The notes beneath the pieces are model-generated. The model was not told the origin of the DNA, searched no databases, and saw nothing but the letters and a program-made list of their open reading frames with translations. Both the position numbers and the translations under genes were made by a program. Of a stretch of DNA of 64,000 bases, positions 39,530 to 52,086 are shown piece by piece; the stretch's first letter is position 1; each line of letters starts with the position of its first letter. Origin of the DNA: Negaprion brevirostris (Eukaryota); NCBI GenBank assembly GCA_030324005.1, contig JARDVH010000149.1, positions 25,229,587 to 25,293,586 on the forward strand. The letters run 5' to 3'.

Positions 39530-40020
39530 CTGCTATGATTCTCCCAAAAATGTTTGAAGTGTTGAATTCACGGGAAAATCACGCTGGTTTTATCAGTGCA
39601 ACTTCACACTCGAATCTCCCACACTCTGTGTGCAATGCAGAGGTCACAGTCGTGAATTTAATTAAAAGCTCGGGCAGCAGGCCTATTCATGCCAGAGGCT
39701 GACAATTCTGGGCTTCTGCTCATGCACAGTGACTCTATCTGTCATCTTCCCTTTTGCTGGCCAGCCCAAGACCCTCGCATTACTGTCCCTCCCGACACCC
39801 CCACAGCCTGATTTGTGGCCCCCCATGCTCCAGCAGTGATGATCTCCCCCACATCACCATCCCCCAACCCCAGCACAGTGCCCCCCCAGCACAATCCCCA
39901 GCTGAACCCCCAGGTCGCCTCAACCAAACCCAATGCAGAGTGGCAGCAGGGCCCCACACCCCCACACTTAGGCCCCACCCCAGCTGGCCCTGCCTTGTAG
40001 GCTCTGCCCTGTTGCCAAGG
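39530..40020. mobile_element. GC-rich Harbinger-type non-autonomous fragment between two HE1 halves
   Basis: Starts ctatgattctccc (TIR-like), C-rich interior, truncated at the HE1 junction. Confidence 0.5.
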
Positions 40021-40152
40021 CCTGGAGCACCCGGAGGAAACCCATGCAGACACGAGGAGAATGTGCAAACTCTACACAAACAGTGACCTGAGGACCAAAT
40101 TGAATCCGGGTCTCTGGCACTGTGATGCAGCAGTGCCAACCACAGTGCTGCC
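40020..40152 (-). mobile_element. HE1 SINE 5' portion
   Basis: ggagcacccggaggaaacccatgcagacac…gcagcagtgccaaccac. Confidence 0.8.
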
Positions 40153-40329
40153 CTTGAATGGTCTTAGTGAACAGCGATGTTCCCCCATTGTGTCTTTGTG
40201 GCAGCTGCCCCAAGCTTTAGTGCGTCCCTCAGCATGTAGTCCTGGGTTTTGGAATATGCCAGTCTGCAACACTCAGTCATGGACAACTCCTTGCACCAGA
40301 AGACAACCAAGTTTGTCTGCCCCAAACTT

Positions 40330-40690
40330 ATCTCTAGGCTGACATTCCAGTGCAGTGCTGAGCAAGTCCTGTGCCATTAGTGTCACCTTTCTGGTGAGAT
40401 GTTACAACTCTGCAGGGCACTCATGTGGGTGACAAAGATCTGGTGGACCTGTTTCTCAGGGGATTTGGAGAATTCTCCCTGGTGAGCTGGCCATTATTTT
40501 ATCCTTTGGTCAGTGTGTCTAAAGTGGATTATCTGGTCAATTACTACATTCCTGCTTGTGACAACTTGCAGCGTTCAACTAGTTTACATGTGTGTTACAC
40601 ATAAGATATCATGCTTCGAAACTTCTTAATTGGCTGTAGAGAACTCCTGAGGCCATGGAAGGTGCTGGGTAAAGGCAAGATCTTTCCTTC
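40330..40690 (+). mobile_element. DeuSINE-like element
   Basis: taggctgacattccagtgcagtgctgag…ttctccctggtgagctggcca…ggattatctggtca…aattggctgta, followed by an L2-type tail. Confidence 0.65.
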
Positions 40691-40943
40691 CCTCCATGCA
40701 GAGTCATCGGTTCCCTCCAGAACTTTGAAGCTTTTGCTGAGGCCTTCCAGTGTAACAGAGGCAATGCAATGCACCCAGCCAAGAAATGCCTTGTGTGGTA
40801 ACCAAAGACCAAACAGCACAGTTCATTCAGACCATCAAAACCTTCTATGTCGTTGGATTACATGAACGCTGGCAGAAGCCAATAGATGTGCCTAATAATC
40901 CTTCTTCAATCACTTTGGAAAGAAGCTCCCGAGTAACTGCCTC

Positions 40944-41088
40944 TCACCTCCTTCAGCAGCACTCTGAAAGCTTGTGGTTTGTGCTACCAAATAAACCTTT
41001 TGGACTTTAATCTGGTGTTGTGAGACTTCTTACGATGCTTATCCCAGTCCAACAATGCTTATCCTAGTCCAATGCTGGCATCTCCACG
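40944..41088 (+). mobile_element. Penelope pseudo-LTR fragment
   Basis: agcagcactctgaaagcttgtgg…aataaacc…ggactttaatctggtgttgtgagacttctta…ccagtccaa…ggcatctccac, with a ~20-bp tandem duplication. Confidence 0.75.
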
Positions 41089-41242
41089 TTATCCCTGTAA
41101 CCCCATACACCTAACTCACTAATCCCCCTAACCTACACGTCTTGGGAAACTAGGGGACAATTTAGCATGGCCAATCCACCTATCTTGTGCATCTTTGGAC
41201 TGTGGGAGGAAACCCATGCACATATGGGGAGAATATGCAAAT
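41088..41242 (-). mobile_element. HE1 SINE middle fragment
   Basis: aatttagcatggccaatccacc…tctttggactgtgggaggaaaccc. Confidence 0.7.
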
Positions 41243-41289
41243 TAGGTTGTAGTTGCACAATTTTTCATGCTAAACTTAGCCATGGAATA

Positions 41290-41830
41290 CCCTATTGTAC
41301 AGTGTACCCTGGTTTCCAAAAAGCTATTGATATAGTTTCACCTGAAAGACATTAGTTAATCTCAAGGCTGGGGAGATTCAGAGTAAATATTAGGAGTAGG
41401 TAAGGAATTGGCTGAAGAGAACAACGTTAAGTCTTTTCTTTCGAGGATTTGTATCATTATGGAGAAAGTATGCTCCGTTGTTCAATACATTTAAAGGCTG
41501 GATAGGCAGCTATTTGGTCTCTCAGGGGATCCAGGGATATAGAGAACAAATAGGAAAATGCTGAAGCCCATGATTAGCCATGATTGTATCGAATGACAGA
41601 GCAGACTCAATGAACCATGTTGCCTGCTCCTGCTTCCAATTTCTTGTGTTCTTGTAACTTCGCTGTGGGATGACTCTAGCCTTTAAATTGGGATTAGTAT
41701 TGTTTATAAGTTACAGACATGAAACTGAGTTCAGAAACTTAGTGCAATATGGCTGAATTTGCAGATAACAGCAAACAAGAAGAGTCAGTGAAATTGAGAA
41801 AGGTGGGATTGAAATTGCAGAATGATTTGA
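41290..41830 (+). mobile_element. Degenerate CR1 fragments
   Basis: FQKAFD-like ttccaaaaagctattgat, a 3' UTR piece (41460-41655) and FAD-like tttgcagataac. Confidence 0.55.
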
Positions 41831-42214
41831 AGAGACCCAGCTCTTCAGATACTCAAGGAAATATCAGCTTTCTGAGGGAATGGAGGAAATAAACCTCAGA
41901 TATTCTGGATAGGTGAAGGTCGTGCTCATTGCCAATTTTTGATGGTCTGCCTCTTTGGGCAGAGAATCCCTTAACAGGTGATCATGCAGTGAGCTTAACA
42001 GCTACACAATTCACTGTTAGTGGAAAAACATTCAAAATCCTCAGTCAAAAATGGAACAAATCTGCTTTTGAAACATTCTCTGCAATTCTGATCGACTGAT
42101 AAAGACAAACCAGCCAAAGAGGGTGATCATGCAGTTTTTTAACTGACAAATGTTGGATTTGATTGAAAATCCAAAGGGTTTATTTTCTGTTTCAAAGTTC
42201 TACTTGTTTGTTTT

Positions 42215-42621
42215 TACAGAGCATGAATGTAGCTCAATCCATTATGCAAACCAGCCTTCCATCCATTGACTCTGTCTACACTTCCTGCTGCCTCGGAAAA
42301 GTTGCCAGCATAATAATAGACCCCACATACCCTGGACGTTCTCTCTTCCACCTTCTTCCTTCGGGAAAAAGATACAGAAGTCTGAGGTCACGTACCAACC
42401 AACTCGAGCAGCTTTTTCCCTGGTGCTGTCAGACTTTTGAATGGACTTACTTGAATGCATTAAGTTGATCTTTCTCTACACCCTAGCTATTACTGTAATA
42501 CTACATTCTGCACTCTCTCCTTTCCTTCTCTATGAACGGTATGTTTTGTCTGTATGGCATGCCAGAAACAGTACTTTTCACTGTATGTTAATACACGTGA
42601 CAATATAAATCAAAATCAAAA
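42215..42621 (+). mobile_element. Rex1/Babar-type LINE 3' end
   Basis: NVAQSIMQTSLPSIDSVYTSCCLGKVASIIIDPTYPGRSLFHLLPSGKRYRSLRSRTN, then a 3' UTR ending in (aaatc)n. Confidence 0.8.
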
Positions 42622-42737
42622 TAGAGTAGAACAGGAAGAGACCGTTTGGGCTACCGTATAATTTCTGTTTACAATGGCAACACTTAACTGCAAAAACAAT
42701 TCCTATTGCCTGTCTTTTTTTTCCCAGTTCCCCGAAA

Positions 42738-43068
42738 AATCATGGAAACCCTACAGTGCAGGAGGAGGCCATTCAGCCCATCAAGTCTGCACCGACCACA
42801 ATCCCACCAAGGCCCTACCCCCTATCCCTACATATTTACCCGCTAATCACTCTAACCTATGCATCTTCGGACTCTAAGGGGCAATTTTTTTAGCATGGCC
42901 AATCAACCTAACCCACAGACCTTTGGACTGTGTGAGGAAACCAGAGTGCCCAGAGCAAACCCACAATGACACAAGGAAAATGTGCAAAGTCCACACAGAC
43001 AGTGAGCTGAGCCAGGATTCAAACCCAGGTTCCTGGAGCTGTGAAGCAGCTGTGCTACCGTGCTGCCC
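42738..43068 (-). mobile_element. HE1 SINE, near full length
   Basis: gaaaccctacagtgcaggaggaggccattcagcccatc…gaagcagctgtgcta. Confidence 0.9.
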
Positions 43069-45059
43069 TTACTTTCTGAGTAAGGATCCAACTCCCTATG
43101 AAACACTTAAAATAATTTTGCATCTATGGGCTTCTGGGGGGAATGTGCTGTAGATTACCATAACCTTCAATATGAAGGATTTTAAAATGCTCTGCATTTT
43201 CTACTAATCTTATTGACATCTTTTCCTCAGCTTTCAGTTGCACGACATATGGCATCCTCAATATTTTTGATAAATCCTAATCAGATTTGGAAAGCTGCGT
43301 TGACAGTGAAAGTGACAACATAGGGACTTGTTTGTGACGTATGTGGATCCAAAATTTCCCTGCATAAATTTTACATGTGTAACGAACACATGTCAAAATG
43401 CAGTTGAAAATTATTGTGACCCCTTGTGGCTTTTCAATTCCTGGTACTAACTGTTGTGGTAAGATTAAATGAAGTCAAGACACAAAATTAAAAAACATTC
43501 TCTGTGCAAATTCCATCTGCCAACACATGAAGACATCTAGGGATAACTCAGGTTCAGATAACTGCAGCGTGGGCAGTATGTGTTTGGACATCATGTATCT
43601 TTAATGTCGCTAAGAGGCTTTGCTACATTTCAGGATGCAACTGGAAAAAAATGGGTAAATATATTTTATTTTCTGTTTTCAGAGATGCAGATTTCATTTC
43701 AGTTGACTTTAAGAGGATGAAAAGCCAAATGTTAAATGATACGCAATGCAGATGGAAAACCTCCTTAGAATAGATGTTAGCCGATTAGCAGAGCGTTTTA
43801 CCTACGTGAAACAGCGTCAGCAACAATTGTGGCCATCCATCTCCCATTAGATTACTGAAGGTTTACTATGAAACCAATAGACACTTCCTCAATAGGCAAA
43901 ATAAACAGATGACCAGCATCTAATGCAATCTAAACTCAAAGTATATCGTAATCACAAGGCTGTGAAGTAGGGATTTCGTACTTACACTACTGTTTCATAG
44001 ATTTAGCTCTAGATTGAATGGCTTTATCACACTTGTGAATAATGTTTGATGACGTAGAGATTCCCAATGTTCACATAGATCAGAATTTTGCCCCCGACCA
44101 GGGAGCCCATGTAATCGTGGGAGAAGACATCAGGCGGTCATGATGGTGCATGAAAGTCAGAAGCATGCCAATAAACAGGCAGTTTAGCCTATTAAAGGTC
44201 AAACTCAACAAAANNNNNNNNNNNNNNNNNNNNNNNNNNNNNNNNNNNNNNNNNNNNNNNNNNNNNNNNNNNNNNNNNNNNNNNNNNNNNNNNNNNNNNN
44301 NNNNNNNNNNNNNTAAAGGTCCAACTGAACACAATTTTACATGGCCTATCTGTTTTCGAGGTTGTCAGTTGGCTGTTACGTTTTAGCTGTAACCTTGATC
44401 CAGGGCGGGATGAATTGTCAGGACTGAAATAAGATTAACAAATGTGTATGGGGACTGCGGTTGGTATATGATTGTGCGGTCTGGAACTTCTGGAATAGTA
44501 AACATTGATATTTATTTTCTATGGGTCAGCAGCTCCCTGAGACAATTCCACAGTGGCTGCCCTCATGAGGGCGCACATTGAAAATACCAGCTTCTTTTCC
44601 TGTGCCTGCCCTCTTTGTGCTCTGCCCCACAGTGCTGAGCCTTTCCCAGCATACATTTCATACTTGCTGGCCTTGTATTGGCCAATCAGCATGAATTTGC
44701 TCAACAGGGCTGACCACAGTTGGGAATGCATTTTGCACCTGTTTCCAGGATGAGAAGTGTGTGTATTGACAGGTGAAGCATTGTACCTGATGGTACCTAA
44801 TCTGTGAACCATCTACCTCGGTTTTACATCAGCACACAATGAAAGTGAACAGTAATCTCTGCCATTTCAGCCATCTCTGTGTGATGTCATCTAAGACATC
44901 ATTCACTCCTCGGGCTGGGATTCTCTGACCTCACCCACACTGGGATTCCCCGGTCCTACTGAAGTGAATGGAGATTTGGCTGAGTGCCAAATTCTCCTTG
45001 CTTTCTGAAGGACTATTCCTGCTACAAAACCCTGGTCCATTCCACAGTCAACCACAACA

Positions 45060-45920
45060 ACCTTCCCCTTCACATGCAAGCTCTCACCATCCAAGTCCCC
45101 AGTAATTTACTCATGTCTCTTAACATTGCACATCCTATTCACAGCTCATGAGCAGTCTCTACTTTGGGGAGACCATGGGTGACTGCTTTACAGAATAGTT
45201 CCATTTATTGTACAAGCCAATCCCCCAGCATCCAGTTACATGCCATTTTAATTTTCCATTGCGCAGTCATTTTCAGCTCTCTCTCCGAGGCTTTTTCTGA
45301 AAAGAACCTCATAAGAACATAAGAAATAGGAGCAGGAGTAGGCCATCTAGCCCCTCGAGTCTGCCCCACCATNNNNNNNNNNNNNNNNNNNNNNNNNNNN
45401 NNNNNNNNNNNNNNNNNNNNNNNNNNNNNNNNNNNNNNNNNNNNNNNNNNNNNNNNNNNNNNNNNNNNNNNNAACCACCTTGTTGGTTCATCTTGCAATG
45501 AGACCTTTCCGGCCTTTAGAACACAACAGTTTTGGATCACAACCTTTGCTCCCACTTTCTATCGTTTGTGTACTTTTGTTTTTGTTCTGAGATATTGGTG
45601 GTGATTCCGTCTTTCCCATTTACATTTCCATTAGGCTAGTTCTATCTTTTATTCTCTTGCTCCATTATCATCATCTTTTTGCCGTGCACCATCCTCTGTT
45701 TTATTACTTAACCCCTCATGCCTCCCTTCCTTTTTATTCTTTCCACACTGCCTCTGACTTGCTGCAACCCTGTTATATCTTTAACTTCTAGATCAGGTGA
45801 AAGTTCATCAATCTGAAATCTAAACTCTGACCCTCACTTCACAGATTCTGTCTGAGCTGCTGATTATTTCCAGCATTTTCTGTTTGATTCCAGATTTCCA
45901 GCACCTGGTAATATTTTGCT
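45060..45920 (+). mobile_element. Old, degenerate Penelope element (GIY-YIG remnant plus pseudo-LTR), interrupted by a young CR1 end
   Basis: FTC…/LYFGET-like and HL..HL motifs. The 3' end …tcacagattctgtctgagctgctgattatttccagcattttctgtt…ccagatttccagca is typical of a second shark Penelope family. A similar fragment lies at ~22530-22630. Confidence 0.55.
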
Positions 45921-46767
45921 GTTGTATTTTGAATGGGCTTTTGGTTTGAGGTGTAGAGAAGGAAAAAAAATCCTGGTATCCAATAAAAAAACATAGTTAG
46001 TTATTTTCGGGACTAGATTTTTCTTCATGCATGAACTGAACAACATTCTCCAAACATATGGAGGTCTTATGATCAACTCAGGAAATTGGCTTAAAAACTG
46101 TCTCAAGACAAATTACCTTGAATGAAATAAATTCATTTCCTTGTTAGTTTATTATTCCACTTCTCTTCAGTGTTAATTTGGGATGGAGGATTCTGTAGAA
46201 CCTGATAAAGATTAAATTTGGTTAAGATTTTGTGATCTAATCTATTCCTTGTACATTTTTCATAGTTCCTTTATCAACAAAAACTACACAATAGGATTTA
46301 AAACATCCTATCAGCTATACCAAAAGTAATGGTTGGTCTTCTGCTATTTGTATTTTCTGATAAAAGACATGTGGCAAATTTTGGATCCAGTCAACTGTAA
46401 CATGTGTCTCAGCACATGTTCCGACATGAATAGGTCACAGCTTTTGGTTTTTTTTAGATGTCAACTAATTTATTTTAACAAACACAGGATGAAGGTTGTA
46501 AAATGTTATACTAATGATGTCAAGTAGCTTAAAAATCGCCCTGATAGACAAAAGCACGGGGATCCAATGCACTCAGATTGGCCCACACAGTTTCAGCTGA
46601 AAATGTCCATTATGTTGATAGTTTATCTTCTGTTAGTTTCAGCAAATCTTTTATTTGGAATTTGTAATGAATGGTCAAGCCATATATTGAAAGATATATG
46701 TAAAGCACAAAACAAGTGAGCAAAACTGTGTTCAGCTATGAAACCTTGAATTGGTGATCTCACTTCT

Positions 46768-47315
46768 AGGGGGCGATTCTCCCATCCTGCTGCACTGCTT
46801 TTGTAGTGCAGCAGGCTAGGATTCTCAAGCTGAGGCTGTTTCAAGGCTTCTCGCTGGCAACACAACCTCCAGCTTCTCTGGCAGCTGGATTTCCGGCACT
46901 GTCAGCTCCATGCCAGAAACTGGCGTAGAGCTCCATAATGTCTGCAAATTCTAATTTGCATGTATTTTAAATAGCAGTAGCAGACCTGGGACTGAAATCT
47001 CTGGGCCCGCCAGCAGCCCCCCACCCCCCGCCACCCCCCACCCTGCCACACCAGGGGCTGGCAGCCCAACCCCACTTGAACAAAGGGGAGGCAGTCAAGG
47101 ATTGGGTGCTGGGCTATAGGGAGCTCCATTGGCAGTGCCAACTTGGGCCCCCTTACAGTGCCCAAAGTGCCAATGCCTGGGGGGACATTGGCACTGCCCA
47201 CCAGACACAGGGCAATGCCTGAGGGTGGGAGTAGGGTGTCCAGCTACCACTCTGCATTTGGGCTGAATGACAGAGCCAGCCATTTGGGGTGGGAGCCTGG
47301 TTTTGGTGGGGGGCT
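46768..47315. mobile_element. Left arm of a GC-rich Harbinger-type element
   Basis: Starts GGGGGCGATTCTCCC after ta, with subterminal hairpin cctgctgcact…agtgcagcagg and ggcagtgcca/ggcactgccc motifs. Runs into a gap. Confidence 0.55.
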
Positions 47316-47979
47316 NNNNNNNNNNNNNNNNNNNNNNNNNNNNNNNNNNNNNNNNNNNNNNNNNNNNNNNNNNNNNNNNNNNNNNNNNNNNNNNNNNNNN
47401 NNNNNNNNNNNNNNNNNNNNNNNNNNNNNNNNNNNNNNNNNNNNNNNNNNNNNNNNNNNNNNNNNNNNNNNNNNNNNNNNNNNNNNNNNNNNNNNNNNNN
47501 NNNNNNNNNNNNNNNNNNNNNNNNNNNNNNNNNNNNNNNNNNNNNNNNNNNNNNNNNNNNNNNNNNNNNNNNNNNNNNNNNNNNNNNNNNNNNNNNNNNN
47601 NNNNNNNNNNNNNNNNNNNNNNNNNNNNNNNNNNNNNNNNNNNNNNNNNNNNNNNNNNNNNNNNNNNNNNNNNNNNNNNNNNNNNNNNNNNNNNNNNNNA
47701 AGTTTTTGACATGGATTGCATATAAAGATGAGTAACAAAGATTATATTTTGTCGAATCAAAGAAAAAGAATGGAAGTAATATCAATTTGTTTATTTCAAA
47801 TTAGATAATGTGGTGAGTTGTGAATCAGACTGGGTGTCCTTGCTGCAAATCATCATAATTTTTCTGCAGATTCAGGCCAATGGTGCACCCTCTGACATTG
47901 AAAACATGCAACCTAACGTGAGCTTATGCTGACACTACATCATTGATTTGACTTCAGACCTCACCATTTGCCACACCCG

Positions 47980-49060
47980 CTTATTCCCGATACGAGAGGC
48001 AATCAGGAATGGCTACTTGAAGGCTAATTCTGGCCCTGTCCACCACCCAGCGCTCGTCCTCCTCCCCCTCAGCACCATCAGGCCCACCACCCTCTTCAAT
48101 ATCCTCCTCATCCAAAGATACCTGGTACTCACCCATCTTCTCCAGGTCTAGATCTCCCCTTTGCAGGGCTACGTTGCAGAGAGTGCAGCAAAACACAGTA
48201 ATGTGGGATACCCTCTGGGGGCTGTATGGTAGGACACCCCTGACTGGTCCAGACACCGGAATTGCATCTTCAACATTCCAGTCACCTGCTCCACCAACAC
48301 GTGCGTTGAAGCGTTAGCATGTATCGAATCTTCGCTGGTGTTTGTGGCCTCCACACTGACACCTCCTGAGGTAGGTACCTCTTGTCCCTGAGGAGCCATC
48401 CCTCCTGCCACTGCTCTCCCTCAAAGACAGCTGGGATTTGTGCCCAAGATGTAACTGTCAATGGGGCTCCCCTGGAAATGGGCACAAACCTGCATGATGC
48501 GCAGTGTGGTCGCAGACGATGTTAAGGTAATGGAATCCTTTGCAGTTCCTGAATGGCACTGCATGCCACCATAGTGACTTAAGAACCACATGGGTACAGC
48601 CTATCAGACCTTGCACTTGGGGTATCCCTGCTAGGTGGACAAAGCCAATGTCCCCAGTGATCTGGCTTGCCTGGTCCTGATCAAGGTTGATAAATATTTC
48701 AGCCCTGGCATAAAGAGCATCTGTCACCCCTTCTGATACATTTGTGAGTGGCAGACTGGGAGATGCTACAGATATCCCTTGGGCGGCCCTGGAACGAATT
48801 GCTCACATAAAAGTTCAGAGCGGCTGTACATTTCAGGGCTGTGGGCATCAGTTATCCTCCAGTTCCAGCCCATGTAATATGTGATAGAAGTGGTCCACTG
48901 TCCCCCCGGACAGATATAGTCTTCTCTGGCACTGCAGCTCGGACAACTGAAGGTAGGAACATCAGAAGATTCTTGGCCACTACTGTCTCCAGTATTGCTC
49001 CTCCATGTGCGGTCCTGCTCCCAGAGCAGCTCCAGGCCACTGGTTCTGGCCACGTGGAGC
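47980..49060 (-). mobile_element. Decayed PIF/Harbinger DNA transposon, HARBI1-like DDE transposase pseudo-ORF
   Basis: Successive frames give SYLQLSELQCQRRLYLS, TDALYARA..FI, AGIPQVQGLIGCTHV, FRNCKGFHYLNIVCDH, GWLLRDKRY, HASTHVLVEQVTGMLKMQFRCLD and YSPQRVSHITVFCCTLCNVALQRG. These match HARBI1 DDE motifs, with frameshifts and catalytic-residue substitutions. Confidence 0.9.
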
Positions 49061-50599
49061 AGTGCGCTATTGTCTCTGCTGTTAGTCGATCCTAATCAGT
49101 AAAAAGGCCAATTCAACAGGCTCTTTGATTCTGATGATTCATGCACTGAAAGATTGAGAACACCACTGTGAGCATTGAGGAGTCGTCTCACAGCATTACT
49201 CCATGTGTCTGTGCTTCTGCATTCTTTGGGCTTGGTGTCCCAATGGGTTAAGCTCTGTTCCCAGGCCGTGCAACTAGATCCACTGCTAGATGTTAAACTG
49301 GTATGCTGGACTCCTGAAAAAATTATCAGTTTATCGCTCTGGCAACCACGTTCATCCTGACGAGACGTGGCTGAATCTTGAGAGGTGTGCAATTAACTTT
49401 TCAAGCAATTCTCTTTTCAGGGTCTTTAGTGCCGCGAAGTTAAGGAGCTTTGCCCGGGAGCAAGCAACACACCCTCACTGCCGTACCTGACAGTCAGAAC
49501 TCGCAGAGAAGTGGATTTGAACTTCCTGTCCAGTAGGCCCCTCTGGTCTACACCATTGACAGAGTGAGGGTTCACTACGTTAGGCCTGCCCCAATTGAGA
49601 GGGTNNNNNNNNNNNNNNNNNNNNNNNNNNNNNNNNNNNNNNNNNNNNNNNNNNNNNNNNNNNNNNNNNNNNCATTGCTGCTTTGCCTCTCCCGAAGGAT
49701 CCTAGGACCTCATATCACATCATTACTGCCCCCCTGTTGTTATATCATAGTATCGTAGAATTGCTACAGTGCAACAGGAGGCCATTCAGCCCATCAAGTC
49801 TGCACAGACCACAATCCTAGCATTCTCCCTTGTGCCCCTTGCTGTTGGACTGCTCGAGAAGTAATGGCCTTGCTGTTGGACTGCTCAAGAAGCGCTTAGC
49901 TCTGATATCCTCCTTGGAGGTGATGGTGCCAGGTTCACTGTTATGTAGACCTGTTGTAAATGACATTGGAATGACATTACACTGGTGCCAGTTGAATAAT
50001 CAGAACAACTTCAATAGCCAGAGTGCGTGTTCACTAATGATATGCTGATGTATTCAAATTAGTTTTGTGCCCTTCCCTGGCATGTTCTACATTGCTCTGC
50101 CAGTGAGGTTAGCTCAGAATGAGAAAATACAATCTTTTCAATGAGAATCACTCTCAATCAATCACAACGAGTTCCAAACTCTCCGCATTTTGAGTCTGTG
50201 CCACCGTTCCTGCAGACAGAGAATAGGCTCATGATCTTGCCCACTAACTTCAGTTTATTTGATGGCACTTCCATGAAGCGTCTTAAGACACTTTTTTTTT
50301 GTTCACTTTGTGGGATATTTCTGGGTTAAAGATGTAACTGTAAATATTAAGTCAATGTTATCCATGAAGCTTGCAAATATCAGCAAAAAGCTTGATATAA
50401 ACATATTTTCATCTTGTAGTTGGGGAAGTGTTCATGTTTAGCACAATTAGCAGAAGAAATTCTGTAACTGGATTCTGATTTATTTGTTTCAAACATCTAT
50501 TAGACTGGATATTTCTTCTTAATGAGTTCCTAAAATATGAATTATTTCAAGTCGGTGAAAACAAATTATTTTGCACAGTTATTGCATGGCTGCAGCTTT

Positions 50600-50860
50600 A
50601 AGTTAATTAATAGCGTCACAAGTAGGCTTACATTTACACTGCAATGAAGTTACTGTGAAAATCCCCTAGTTGCCATACTACGGTGCTTGTTCAGGTACAC
50701 TGAGGGAGAATTTAGCATTGGCAATTCATCTAACCAGCACGTTTTTCAGACTGTAAGAAGAAACCTACACAGAGAACGTGCAGAATTCACACTGACAGTA
50801 AATAGAACCCAGGTCCCTGGTTCTGTGAAGCAGCAGTACTAACCACTGTGCCACGGTGTC
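50600..50860 (-). mobile_element. HE1-type SINE variant
   Basis: gtcacaagtaggcttacat…gggagaatttagcat…gaacccaggtccctgg…aaccactgtgccac. Confidence 0.8.
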
Positions 50861-51971
50861 TTAAAGATAATTCATCATGAGTCATTTGATATTACATAAA
50901 AGTAGAATAGCGAAACTTCTAGTTACTCAATTAAAAATAGCCAACACACATATAGTCCAACAATACCACCCGTAGTTACCAAAATGCAGAGAAGTACATT
51001 TATTAATAATTCATTGTGCCCTTCTGTTGAAAGATAATGTCACATACTGAGAATTCCTTCAATGCAGAATATATATACACAGATATATTCACTGCTGCTC
51101 TTGCGCACTGGGAACTAGCTACAGACTACTGGTCTCCTGGCTCCCACTGTTGTCATAGTAATGTCTAAAGTAGGCAACTAGTGAATAAATTAAATCCAGT
51201 CCTGTTATAAAGTTAAGAACATATTTACCAGCTGATAAATCATTAGAGGTCACTGGGCTTTAGTGGGCAGGATTGAAGAACATGTTCAATAATTAGCAGC
51301 TGGAAAAAGAATATCAGTCATTAAGTAAAAATACAGCTTTGGTTTTTTTGCATTCCCAAGCAGGCTACAAACAGCAACAATGCAGGAGACCAATAAATCA
51401 AAGGTGGTTTTGAATTCTTAGAAATTTGAATAACTATAAAGCCATGTGTTCATTCAGGAAGTTTTCCTCCCTTCCCTTCTGGGATAGAAATATTTGCCTT
51501 GTTTAAATTATGGAGCCACTTCTACTTAAACTGCTGCTGCATTGCATTGACTTTTTAACATGTTGCAGTCCTTTAATTGGTTCCTAATATGGAGTAGGAG
51601 TCATAAAAGTGCAATTTTAATTTTCTGACGGCAATTTTTAACATTGTACAGCTGCACGTGAACTTGAAGTCTTGCTGCTATGCAAAGCAGTGCTAATTAT
51701 TATTTTTGCAGTGTCTTGTCTTAGATTTCAGCATACCTCTGCGTTCCAACTTTGTGCCTTAACCTTTCACTGAACCATGCTGGATAATGTTTTAATACTG
51801 ATTTTGAAATGCTGGGGATCATTAGATGCACAAAAAGGAATGGAATCATTCCGTAACCACAAGCTGCTCCAATCTTCTCATCCAAGTTCTTAAAGCTGAT
51901 GATTCAACTCTGAAGTTTTCAAGGTGGTTCTATGTGTAATTAGCACAGCATCTGCATTTCTCAGTGTTGAC

Positions 51972-52086
51972 ACAGTAAGAAGTCTCACAACGCCAGGTTA
52001 AAGTCCAAGTTAAAGTTGGACTTTAACCTAATGTTGTGAGACTTCTTACTGCGTTTACCCCAGTCCAACGCAGGCATCTCCACATC
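51972..52086. mobile_element. Penelope pseudo-LTR remnant as an inverted repeat
   Basis: Arms 51973-52008 and 52016-52051 are reverse complements at 33/36, followed by the tail ccccagtccaacgcaggcatctccacatc. Confidence 0.8.

Noticed and set aside
47095-47785. Long ORFs of 110-220 aa in the track (also at 29135, 35935, 56963)
   Set aside because: Their length comes from runs of N in assembly gaps.
47870-47917. 48-nt AG…GT micro-exon candidate (IQANGAPSDIENMQPN)
   Set aside because: That reading is phase 0, incompatible with the phase-2 downstream exon. No homology and likely chance.
47980-49060. Domesticated HARBI1 host gene
   Set aside because: Multiple frameshifts and stops and altered catalytic motifs indicate a dead transposon copy.
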